Positions 29,265 to 36,772 of a stretch of DNA of 64,000 bases are shown one piece after another. Every line of letters begins with the position of its first letter. Positions within the stretch are counted from its first letter, which is position 1. Source of the DNA: Candidatus Aenigmatarchaeota archaeon (GTDB lineage: Archaea > Aenigmatarchaeota > Aenigmatarchaeia > GW2011-AR5). The translations under genes were made by a program, and so were the position numbers. The notes beneath the pieces were generated by a model. The model was given only the letters and a program-made list of their open reading frames with translations. It was not told the origin of the DNA and searched no databases. The DNA is taken from contig JACQID010000004.1 in the NCBI GenBank assembly GCA_016198685.1, forward strand, positions 96,001 to 160,000. Direction: 5' to 3'.

Positions 29265-30461
29265 TCAATAGCGTCTTCCGAAACTGCGTCTTCTTCCGCC
29301 AAACCCGCTGCCGCCTCTTCTTTGGCCGCTGCGGTCGTGCATGCGGATGTTGACTTTTATTTTCGGGAAATCCGATTCTTCTGCTTTTTCTATGTCCTTG
29401 ACCTGTCTTATGATACGCCTGAAAGGCTCGTGATCCTTGACAGAAAGCAATGTTATAGCCTTGCCTTCGGCCTCCATTCTTGCGGTTCTGCCTATCCTGT
29501 GCGTGTAGGAGTCAGGGTCATTGGGAACATCGAAGTTGAATATATGAGTCACGTCCTTGATGTCAAGCCCTCTTGATGCGACATCAGTAGCTACAAGCAC
29601 GTGCGGCCTGCCCTGATGGAAGCTTTCCATGACTTTCATTCTTCTTGCTTGTGGCATGTCGCCATGTATTGCTTCAGCATCAACGTTGTTTTCCTTTAGA
29701 ACACCAGCGAGTATATCCGCCATTCTTTTGGTGCCTGCGAATACTATTGCGCGAGAAGGTTTTTCTTTCTTGACAAGATGTACCAAGAGTGACAATTTCT
29801 CCTCATCCCTTACGTTATAATAATACTGCTTCAGTTTGTGTTTTGGCACGAAAATTTGGGCCTTGATTTTTATAGGATCCTTCATGAAGTTCCTTATTAT
29901 GAACATTATTTCATCGGGTATCGTTGCTGAAAACAGCATGGTCTGCCTTTGCTTCGGCAAGCCAGACATTATCCTCCGTATGTCATCTATGAAACCCATA
30001 TCAAGCATCCTGTCAGCTTCATCAAGAACGAAGTACTTGACGCCATGAAGGTCTATTGTTCTTCTTTCCATGTGGTCGAGTATCCTTCCTGGCGTGCCCA
30101 CGACGACTTCTGCCCGGCGCAGATGGCTTATCTGCGGCTCTATAGATACGCCGCCGAATACGCGGCAAACCTTTATACCGCCGAAAGAAACCGAATGCAT
30201 GAAATCGGCTACTTGGTTGGCCAATTCTCTTGTCGGAACAAGAATAAGTGCCTGTACGCCTCCATCGCGTTGCACCCCATGAAGTATAGGAACAGAAAAG
30301 GCGAGAGTCTTGCCCGAGCCGGTCATGCTCTGGCCTATAACGTCCTTGCCAATCATTCCCGGAGGTATAGACTTCTCCTGTATCTCGGTAGGCTCGGTTA
30401 TGCCAAGCTTGTGTATAAGCTCCAGCATTCTTGGGTCTATGTTCATTTCTTCAAACTTCAT
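29265..30461 (-). CDS. DEAD-box RNA helicase
   Basis: Q motif PTEIQ, TGSGKT, PTRELA, DEADRMLDMGF, SAT, HRIGRTAR; RGG-type tail. Confidence 0.96.
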   Translation of the reverse strand: MKFEEMNIDPRMLELIHKLGITEPTEIQEKSIPPGMIGKDVIGQSMTGSGKTLAFSVPILHGVQRDGGVQALILVPTRELANQVADFMHSVSFGGIKVCRVFGGVSIEPQISHLRRAEVVVGTPGRILDHMERRTIDLHGVKYFVLDEADRMLDMGFIDDIRRIMSGLPKQRQTMLFSATIPDEIMFIIRNFMKDPIKIKAQIFVPKHKLKQYYYNVRDEEKLSLLVHLVKKEKPSRAIVFAGTKRMADILAGVLKENNVDAEAIHGDMPQARRMKVMESFHQGRPHVLVATDVASRGLDIKDVTHIFNFDVPNDPDSYTHRIGRTARMEAEGKAITLLSVKDHEPFRRIIRQVKDIEKAEESDFPKIKVNIRMHDRSGQRRGGSGFGGRRRSFGRRY

Positions 30462-30530
30462 ACCAAGATAGGTTAGAACGGAATGGTTAAATACCTTTTA
30501 CGGATCGAAAGCGCTTAGTTTTAGGCTTCG

Positions 30531-30586
30531 AAATGATGAAAAATGCATGCAAAAGCTAAAGATTTCCTTTGTGCAACGGTCTGATT
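30531..30586 (+). ncRNA. Probable box C/D sRNA
   Basis: Box C ATGATGA at 30533-30539 and box D CTGA at 30581-30584, typical archaeal ~55-nt spacing; TTAAATA TATA-like box at 30487; intergenic. Confidence 0.6.
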
Positions 30587-30638
30587 ATCAAAATACACGC
30601 CTCTTACAAATAAGAATCATCTGCAAACTTTAAATCAT

Positions 30639-31193
30639 ATGATAAGAATATTAATGCCAATGACAACCCATCAGGAAAAAGAGGAAAGAAGGCAGAAAAG
30701 AGAGGAAACTGTCGAAGAGGAGCGCAAGAAGCGCGATGCCAAGAAAAAAGTCAAGCAAATGATAGTCATTTCTACAGGTCTTGCAATAGTAGCAGTCGTT
30801 GCTTTTTTTCTTTCCAACATCTCGCCTGCCATGCCTGACAGGCCTCTGATCGGTGACCATTGGCATGCAGATTATTCTATAGAAATATGTGGCGAGATGC
30901 AGCCTATTATTCCCGAGTTTCCTGGAGGAGTCCACACACACGGCGACGGGAAGATACACATCCATCCATACGTCCAGGAAGAAACAGGAAAGCAGGCTAA
31001 CTTAGCATTGTTCTTCGACAATGCAGGCTTGAAGGTTAGCAATTCTTCTATCCAGATGCCTGAAGGCGCGGAGATAACGCAATGCAACGGCAGCCGGGCT
31101 GAAACATCCGTGACTCTGAATGGAAACGCGCTTGCCGATTATTTGTCTTATGTAATGCAGGATGGAGATGTAATCGGCATTAAGTTTTCATGA
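30639..31193 (+). CDS. Membrane-anchored His-rich hypothetical protein
   Basis: Charged N-terminus, one TM helix, HWHADY and GVHTHGDGKIHIHP, C-terminal VTLNG...DGDVIGIKF. Confidence 0.75.
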   Translation: MIRILMPMTTHQEKEERRQKREETVEEERKKRDAKKKVKQMIVISTGLAIVAVVAFFLSNISPAMPDRPLIGDHWHADYSIEICGEMQPIIPEFPGGVHTHGDGKIHIHPYVQEETGKQANLALFFDNAGLKVSNSSIQMPEGAEITQCNGSRAETSVTLNGNALADYLSYVMQDGDVIGIKFS

Positions 31194-31241
31194 CCCCAAA
31201 AAAGCCGGGAATCGCCTGTTTTATATTTTGCCTGCCATTCT

Positions 31242-32252
31242 ATGAAAATGAAGAGGATGCTCCTTGCAGAGGAAACGCTGTTCAAGGATGAAGAAATCTT
31301 TTCCTTTGACCACGTTCCGGAAGTTTTCTCTTTTCGCGATAACCAGCTCAATGCCATGGCAGCTTCGCTGAAGCCTGCAAAGCGCAACAGGAAAGCCTCT
31401 AATCTTCTTCTCATAGGAGGTCCGGCAACAGGCAAGACTACTGCAGTAAAGATAGTTTTTGAGCAACTATCCGGGCCTCTGTGTGTCAGGGTAAACAGCG
31501 AAATAGCCGCTTCGCCGTATAGGGTTTTTTCGGAAATCCATAAAAAGGTATTCGGATTTCTGCCGCCGGATACGGGCATATCGCTTCCCGCTATCTACGA
31601 CAAGATATTCGGCCGGCTTCTCAGGGAAAAGAAGTATATTGTAGTCGCGCTTGACGATATACAGTATCTGCTTTCAGAGATGAACAAGGTGCTTTATGAC
31701 CTGCTGAGAGCAGGCGAAAGCTATCCGGGCGCAGGCGTATCGGTCATGGCAATCACGGACAAGAATATAATGCAAAAGCTCGACGACAAGGTGCGCTCAG
31801 TGTTCCATCCGCAGGAAATAAGGTTTCCGGAATACACGGCAGAGGAAACGTTCCAGATACTAAAGCAACGCCGTGATATAGGCCTGTACGCAGGCGTCCT
31901 TGAAGACGCGCTGCTAAAACAAGTGGCAGAGGCTAGTTATGCAAAGCATGATCTGCGTTTTGGCATAGAAGCCATCCGCAAAGCTGCTGTGAGTGCAGAA
32001 GCGGATGCTTCTTCATCAATAGAAAGAAAACATATAGTTCTTGAAGAGACTTCTCTGCCGAAGGAAGAGTCCGAATTACTCGCATTCATTCCCGCAGAAG
32101 GTATAAAGTCAGGCGATCTTTACGCTCTTGTGGAAAGCAAGATGGGATATACCAAGTTTTATCGTGTTCTGCAAAGGCTTGAAGCCGGGGGCATTATAGA
32201 AGCGGAATCTATAAGAGGTGTCGGCAACACTAGATTAATAAAAAAGAGGTGA
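31242..32252 (+). CDS. cdc6: Orc1/Cdc6 replication initiator
   Basis: EETLFKDEEIFSFDHVPE, RDNQL, Walker A GGPATGKTT, Walker B VVALDDIQYL, FPEY, DLRFGIEAI. Confidence 0.9.
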   Translation: MKMKRMLLAEETLFKDEEIFSFDHVPEVFSFRDNQLNAMAASLKPAKRNRKASNLLLIGGPATGKTTAVKIVFEQLSGPLCVRVNSEIAASPYRVFSEIHKKVFGFLPPDTGISLPAIYDKIFGRLLREKKYIVVALDDIQYLLSEMNKVLYDLLRAGESYPGAGVSVMAITDKNIMQKLDDKVRSVFHPQEIRFPEYTAEETFQILKQRRDIGLYAGVLEDALLKQVAEASYAKHDLRFGIEAIRKAAVSAEADASSSIERKHIVLEETSLPKEESELLAFIPAEGIKSGDLYALVESKMGYTKFYRVLQRLEAGGIIEAESIRGVGNTRLIKKR

Positions 32253-32256
32253 ATAC

Positions 32257-32430
32257 ATGATAGGAAAACTTCTCGGTAAGAAGAAAGCTCCTTTCGGCGG
32301 TTATTCCATAAGCTTTGCCGGCAGGACAGAAACTGTTGAAGAAATCTTCGGTAACAAGCCCATAACTCCTAGTGAGATGACTAAGAAGCTCTGGGAATTT
32401 GTCAAGAAGAAGAAACTTGCAAACAGGTAA
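32257..32430 (+). CDS. 57-aa SWIB/MDM2-like domain protein (not in ORF track)
   Basis: Hand translation MIGKLLGKKKAPFGGYSISFAGRTETVEEIFGNKPITPSEMTKKLWEFVKKKKLANR; GAGGTGA SD; matches SWIB ..G..p+.r.evtKklWeyik.+.L. Confidence 0.7.
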   Translation: MIGKLLGKKKAPFGGYSISFAGRTETVEEIFGNKPITPSEMTKKLWEFVKKKKLANR

Positions 32431-32456
32431 AATGTGTTATTATTTTTCCCATTAAT

Positions 32457-32654
32457 TTAACGGATTTTTCTTTTCATTATAACTGCGCCTGCGGCGCCTA
32501 AAAGAATTAGCGCCAAGAGCGGCATGCTATAACCGGTGATATCATCTGGCATTTGCAAACCTGGACTGTCCGGAGCAATGCCGACCGCTATATCGCCGGA
32601 GACTTCCCCCTGAATCAGCAATATAAGAAACAGGAGAATCACGACCGGCTTCAT
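32457..32654 (-). CDS. Small protein with signal peptide and C-terminal TM plus basic tail
   Basis: 65 aa; overlaps stop of upstream ATPase gene by 4 nt; ends LLALILLGAAGAVIMKRKIR. Confidence 0.5.
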   Translation of the reverse strand: MKPVVILLFLILLIQGEVSGDIAVGIAPDSPGLQMPDDITGYSMPLLALILLGAAGAVIMKRKIR

Positions 32655-34075
32655 TTCTTTCCCCTCGATCGCATGAAGCCTGCTATCATGAGTGAAAGCA
32701 AGAAAACTCCTGTGACTGCGGCGGCAAATCTGAATTCAAGGAATGAATAAGCAAATCCCATGACAACTGCGAATAATGCACCTCTCTTAATGCTGGAAAA
32801 ATATGCTTTCATGCCGCGTACAAACCATAATAGCGGGGGGAAATATCTGTACTCATCCCTTATGTATATCGCATCGTCCTCTTCTTCAAGGACTATAGGT
32901 TTCTTGCGTTCTTGCGCAGGCGTTTCTTCTGATCGCTCGTCTTCCTCTTTTTCTTCTTTTTTTGCCGGCTCTTTCTGCTTGGTTTCGTGCGGTTTTTCAG
33001 CTTTTCTTTCTTTCTTGACTGTTTTCAGGCCTTTTCTTTTCCACAGCGGCGTTATTTTCACTTTTTCATTGCCATTTTTTGATGAAAGATTGACAAAACC
33101 GGTTCCAACTTCAGTGAGGTTCTTGATTTCTTCGAAGTTTATCCCCATTTGCCTGCCTACAAAGATAGCATCTTTCTCCAATCGGCATTGGAACGCTATT
33201 ATGCCTCCGACATTTGCAAGGACGGTATCCGAGAAGTCAGAAGGCCTCTGCGAAGACAAAATAACTCCTGTGCCGTACTTTCTTGACTCTCTGAGCAGAT
33301 CATTCAGAGGCGATTTTTCGTCTATGAGTCTGTGTGCTTCATCCACTATGCAATAAAGCACCATCTTGTCTGTTTTGCCTCTGGCATAGAGCTCGTACTT
33401 TAGTTTATTGATAAAGAACTCAGCAATTGCGTACTTTACCTCTTCAGTTGGCATATTCTTGAGCTTCAGCACGGTTGTTTCGGCAAAAATGTTCTTGAAT
33501 GGTATTGCGCTCTTCTTTGAAGTGAAGAAACCGGTATTAAAGAGCGGTCGCAGTCTTACAAGCAGCGTTTCTATCGTTTGTGATGACCTTTTTTCCTCTT
33601 TTAGGTACTCCGCTTTGTTTTCAAGCACGTTTTTTACGTCCTCGAAGGTCGGGGCATCCTGCTTTTCCATGCTCTTGATGTCTATTCCTTTGTCCCGATA
33701 GGCCGAGAGTATGGCGTCTTGTAATACTCCTTCCTGTTGCACGCCAAGCACGAAAATCTTTTTCAATATGTTTGAGACCTTGTACATTGCAGCTTCGGGT
33801 GTTTCGGGGGCATATTCGAGCGGGTTTATCGTCATATTCGTGAAGTCAAGGACATTATCAGCAACATTATCGAAGTCCTGATGGAAATCCACAATGAAAG
33901 AAGGAACGCCGCCTGCCGAAAGCTCATGAATAATTGCTTTTAGCGTTTCTGTTTTGCCGGAACCCGAAGTTCCGACGACCATGAAGTGCGGATTTTTTTC
34001 GTTCTTTGGCGCCCATTTTATTTCGTTTCCGTTGTCGCCCTTGCCAAGTATGATCTCCAAAACCATCATAATCAT
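32651..34075 (-). CDS. HerA/FtsK/VirB4-like ATPase with C-terminal TM helices
   Basis: NPHFMVVGTSGSGKT, Walker B CIVDEAH, RESRKYG, SSQRPSD; charged linker then two hydrophobic helices. Confidence 0.85.
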   Translation of the reverse strand: MIMMVLEIILGKGDNGNEIKWAPKNEKNPHFMVVGTSGSGKTETLKAIIHELSAGGVPSFIVDFHQDFDNVADNVLDFTNMTINPLEYAPETPEAAMYKVSNILKKIFVLGVQQEGVLQDAILSAYRDKGIDIKSMEKQDAPTFEDVKNVLENKAEYLKEEKRSSQTIETLLVRLRPLFNTGFFTSKKSAIPFKNIFAETTVLKLKNMPTEEVKYAIAEFFINKLKYELYARGKTDKMVLYCIVDEAHRLIDEKSPLNDLLRESRKYGTGVILSSQRPSDFSDTVLANVGGIIAFQCRLEKDAIFVGRQMGINFEEIKNLTEVGTGFVNLSSKNGNEKVKITPLWKRKGLKTVKKERKAEKPHETKQKEPAKKEEKEEDERSEETPAQERKKPIVLEEEDDAIYIRDEYRYFPPLLWFVRGMKAYFSSIKRGALFAVVMGFAYSFLEFRFAAAVTGVFLLSLMIAGFMRSRGKK

Positions 34076-34218
34076 TGCACAATGAAGGACATAAAATAAT
34101 ATCACGTCCGTTTTTGTAAACAAAAATCACTTCTTTGAGTCCAATGCGTAAATTTATATTGTAAAAAATCGGAATACTTAAATATAACTTCAGGAAATAT
34201 AATTACAGGTGAACACAA

Positions 34219-34251
34219 ATGGCAGCCAAGAAAGCAAAAAAGAAAAAGTAA
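34219..34251 (+). CDS. Putative 10-aa Lys-rich micropeptide MAAKKAKKKK
   Basis: ATG GCA GCC AAG AAA GCA AAA AAG AAA AAG TAA; AGGTGA SD 6 nt upstream, TTAAATA TATA-like box upstream, T-rich tract downstream. Confidence 0.5.
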   Translation: MAAKKAKKKK

Positions 34252-34295
34252 TTAACTAAATAAATCATATATAATTTTTATTTTCTTTTTTTATT

Positions 34296-35003
34296 TCATT
34301 CTGTTTTCAGCGTGTAATAAATTCTTCTGTTGTTCTTTCCTTTGTTCTCGAGCTTCAGAAGCTCGATTATGCCTACTTCTTTTGTATTTCCAACGTGTGT
34401 TCCGCCATCGGCTTGCTTGTCAATGTCGCCTATCTCCATGATGTGAAGTTCGTTGACAGAAGGCGGCAAGGCCTTTGCCAGCTTTATGACGCCTTCTATC
34501 TTCATTGCGTCTTCCGTTGGCAAGAAATAGTGCTTCACTTCTATGTTTCGGGCCATCGCCTCGTTTGCCATCCTGACATATTCCGTTATTTTGTCACGGT
34601 CCAAATTCTCCAAAGAAAAATCTATCCTGCTTTCCGCAACGCCGAGCTGGTTTCCGGTTATAAGAGCCCCGGTTTCCTTGTGCATTATTGCGCTCAGGAC
34701 ATGCGCTGCGGTATGCATTTTCATGAGGGCGTAGCGTCTTGGCCAATCAATAGTGCAATGAACCTTGTCGCCTTCCTTCAGGCCTTCCTTGTCTACTTCA
34801 TGAGACACGTTTCCATCTTTCTTGATGGCAAAAACAACCCTGAACTCCTCATCGCCGCGGCGAACCGTTCCCGTATCGCTTGGCTGGCCGCCGCCGCTGG
34901 GGTAGAATGCGGTGTTGTCAAGAACTATCAATTTGCCGTCGGCTCTGACAATCGTTGCATCAAACTCCTTAAGGTAAGAATCTTCAAGATAAAGAGGGCG
35001 CAT
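34296..35003 (-). CDS. alaX: Alanyl-tRNA editing protein AlaX-M
   Basis: LYLEDSYLKEF, TAFYPSGGGQPSDTG, HTAAH, ADGGTH. Confidence 0.93.
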   Translation of the reverse strand: MRPLYLEDSYLKEFDATIVRADGKLIVLDNTAFYPSGGGQPSDTGTVRRGDEEFRVVFAIKKDGNVSHEVDKEGLKEGDKVHCTIDWPRRYALMKMHTAAHVLSAIMHKETGALITGNQLGVAESRIDFSLENLDRDKITEYVRMANEAMARNIEVKHYFLPTEDAMKIEGVIKLAKALPPSVNELHIMEIGDIDKQADGGTHVGNTKEVGIIELLKLENKGKNNRRIYYTLKTE

Positions 35004-35082
35004 TTGCTATCCTTGTAGGGAGTGTTTTTATTTGTTAGGGTTACTAAGTAACTTCATGAAGCACGAAAAAACTCTATAGTCG

Positions 35083-35367
35083 TCATTGTATGATATCGAG
35101 ATAGCGTTCAATTTCAGTTCTGTAATCAACATCACCGCTTAATTTGTTCATTATTGTGATTACTGGGTCTTTTATGGCATCCAATAAAAGACCGGAATCT
35201 ATTTCATGGCGAATTCCCTCGTAAGACAGCATCCCGGTGCGCACAACGGCCGCTACCCCTATCGAAAGAGCCGTATGCACATCATATCCGCGTTCCATGG
35301 CTCTAGACATGGTTGTGGTCATTATATCCGTCATTTGTAACATATGTGCATATTCCATATATATCAT
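35083..35367 (-). CDS. Hypothetical protein
   Basis: ~94 aa from MIYMEY; immediately downstream of the Zn-ribbon gene. Confidence 0.5.
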   Translation of the reverse strand: MIYMEYAHMLQMTDIMTTTMSRAMERGYDVHTALSIGVAAVVRTGMLSYEGIRHEIDSGLLLDAIKDPVITIMNKLSGDVDYRTEIERYLDIIQ

Positions 35368-35369
35368 CT

Positions 35370-35573
35370 TCACTTCTTCTCGGTCTTGATTTCCTTCGAA
35401 GAACAGGACGGGCACTTCAGGGTATTGTAGAACCATACATAGCTGCAAGAATGGCACTTCCATTTATCAACGAACTTCTTCTTGTGTTTCAGTACACGAG
35501 CCGATGCTTTTTCCAGCATTTCTACGTCTTCTCTAGTCAGAAAGCCGATTATCTTTCTCTTTAATTCACTCAT
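35370..35573 (-). CDS. Small zinc-ribbon protein
   Basis: WKCHSC...KCPSCSS, two CxxC pairs. Confidence 0.7.
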   Translation of the reverse strand: MSELKRKIIGFLTREDVEMLEKASARVLKHKKKFVDKWKCHSCSYVWFYNTLKCPSCSSKEIKTEKK

Positions 35574-35650
35574 AAGTAGTATATTAGAATAGAAATCTTT
35601 TTAAGGCTTTGTGTTTGTTCTGATTTAGTGGTAACTAAACCCATAGTGGG

Positions 35651-36313
35651 ATGCCTGATTTTTATCCTTTTACAGTCTTAAAAACGGACATGAAAGTCGT
35701 GCTCGGAAAGCCGGCTGCTATAAGCATAATTCTTTCAGCCGTGGAAGTGTACAAAAAAGAGACTTACGGCATACTTTTGGGCGAGCGCAACGGCCAAACA
35801 ATAAAAGTCAACCAGGCTCTCAGCTTTCAATCGGCAAACCGTGATTATGAATATGTTTCGATGGAAACAGCGAGGGAAAACAGGATAAATTACATTCTTC
35901 GCTACCTTTCCGGCTTCAAAGTAGTAGGAGATTTCCATTCCCATCCTGATTTTCCTGAGAAACTAAGCAAGCATGATACAGAAGAACTCAGGAAAGCTGG
36001 AGAAGGCACTGTTTCGGTATTGATTCTCATAAAAAAGACCTCTGCCGGGAAGAAATGGAGGTATGATGCCGCAGGCAAAAGGATAGCCGGCGTATTGGCC
36101 GGCCGATACTTCATAGGCATTACAGCTTCGATCTACAATTACAAGAAAAAAAAAGCCGAACGCATACCTTTAATCTGTAGGCATCTCAAGGAAATGAACC
36201 AGAGGATCAGGCTCTATTCTAAACTGGAAAAGAAGCTGGAGAAACTTGAGAAGGAAGAAATGCGGGCAAAACGGCTTAAAAAAATGCTCGTGGCCTTGAA
36301 AATGAAGGTATAA
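35651..36313 (+). CDS. JAB/MPN+ (JAMM) metalloprotease with basic C-terminal helix
   Basis: ETYGILLG (Glu) and GDFHSHPDFPEKLSKHD, an exact H-x-H-x7-S-x2-D motif. Confidence 0.85.
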   Translation: MPDFYPFTVLKTDMKVVLGKPAAISIILSAVEVYKKETYGILLGERNGQTIKVNQALSFQSANRDYEYVSMETARENRINYILRYLSGFKVVGDFHSHPDFPEKLSKHDTEELRKAGEGTVSVLILIKKTSAGKKWRYDAAGKRIAGVLAGRYFIGITASIYNYKKKKAERIPLICRHLKEMNQRIRLYSKLEKKLEKLEKEEMRAKRLKKMLVALKMKV

Positions 36314-36470
36314 GGGCAGACATCATTCTTTTTATTCTCCCGCTGCAATTATAGCTCTGCATATTATATTGAAGGACATAATAAACGGGAGTTATATGCT
36401 CCTTCAGGTCCAGAGATCTTATCTGTGCGAAAATCAATGCATTTGATTATAAAACAAGGGAGGCGATTGA

Positions 36471-36641
36471 ATGTCTTATAGCGTGGCATCCAAAGTAAAG
36501 GAGCTCATAAAAGCAAGGGAGATGAACTGTGCAGGCGACTTCTGTGACGCCCTGGATAAAATGATTGAACAGAAAATTGACAGGGCCGTGGAAAGAGCCA
36601 AAGCCAATGACAGAAAGACCGTTAGAGGAAGCGACCTCTGA
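36471..36641 (+). CDS. 56-aa histone-fold protein, short alpha3 type (not in ORF track)
   Basis: Hand translation MSYSVASKVKELIKAREMNCAGDFCDALDKMIEQKIDRAVERAKANDRKTVRGSDL; RKTVxxxD signature; GGGAGG SD; T-rich tract after stop. Confidence 0.88.
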   Translation: MSYSVASKVKELIKAREMNCAGDFCDALDKMIEQKIDRAVERAKANDRKTVRGSDL

Positions 36642-36772
36642 GGGCATATTTTTTCCTTTTTTGCTTCATTCTTGACGTATAAATATTTTCCTCCAAAATT
36701 TACTATAAAAACCTTCGCAGGGATGAGTTTCGGATGGTAATGTTTTTACAAAACGGGCTTATGGGCCATATT

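Noticed and set aside
31194-32460. Replication origin next to cdc6
   Set aside because: No ORB-like TTCCAGTGGAA/G-string motifs or repeated boxes were seen, and the flanking gaps are very short.
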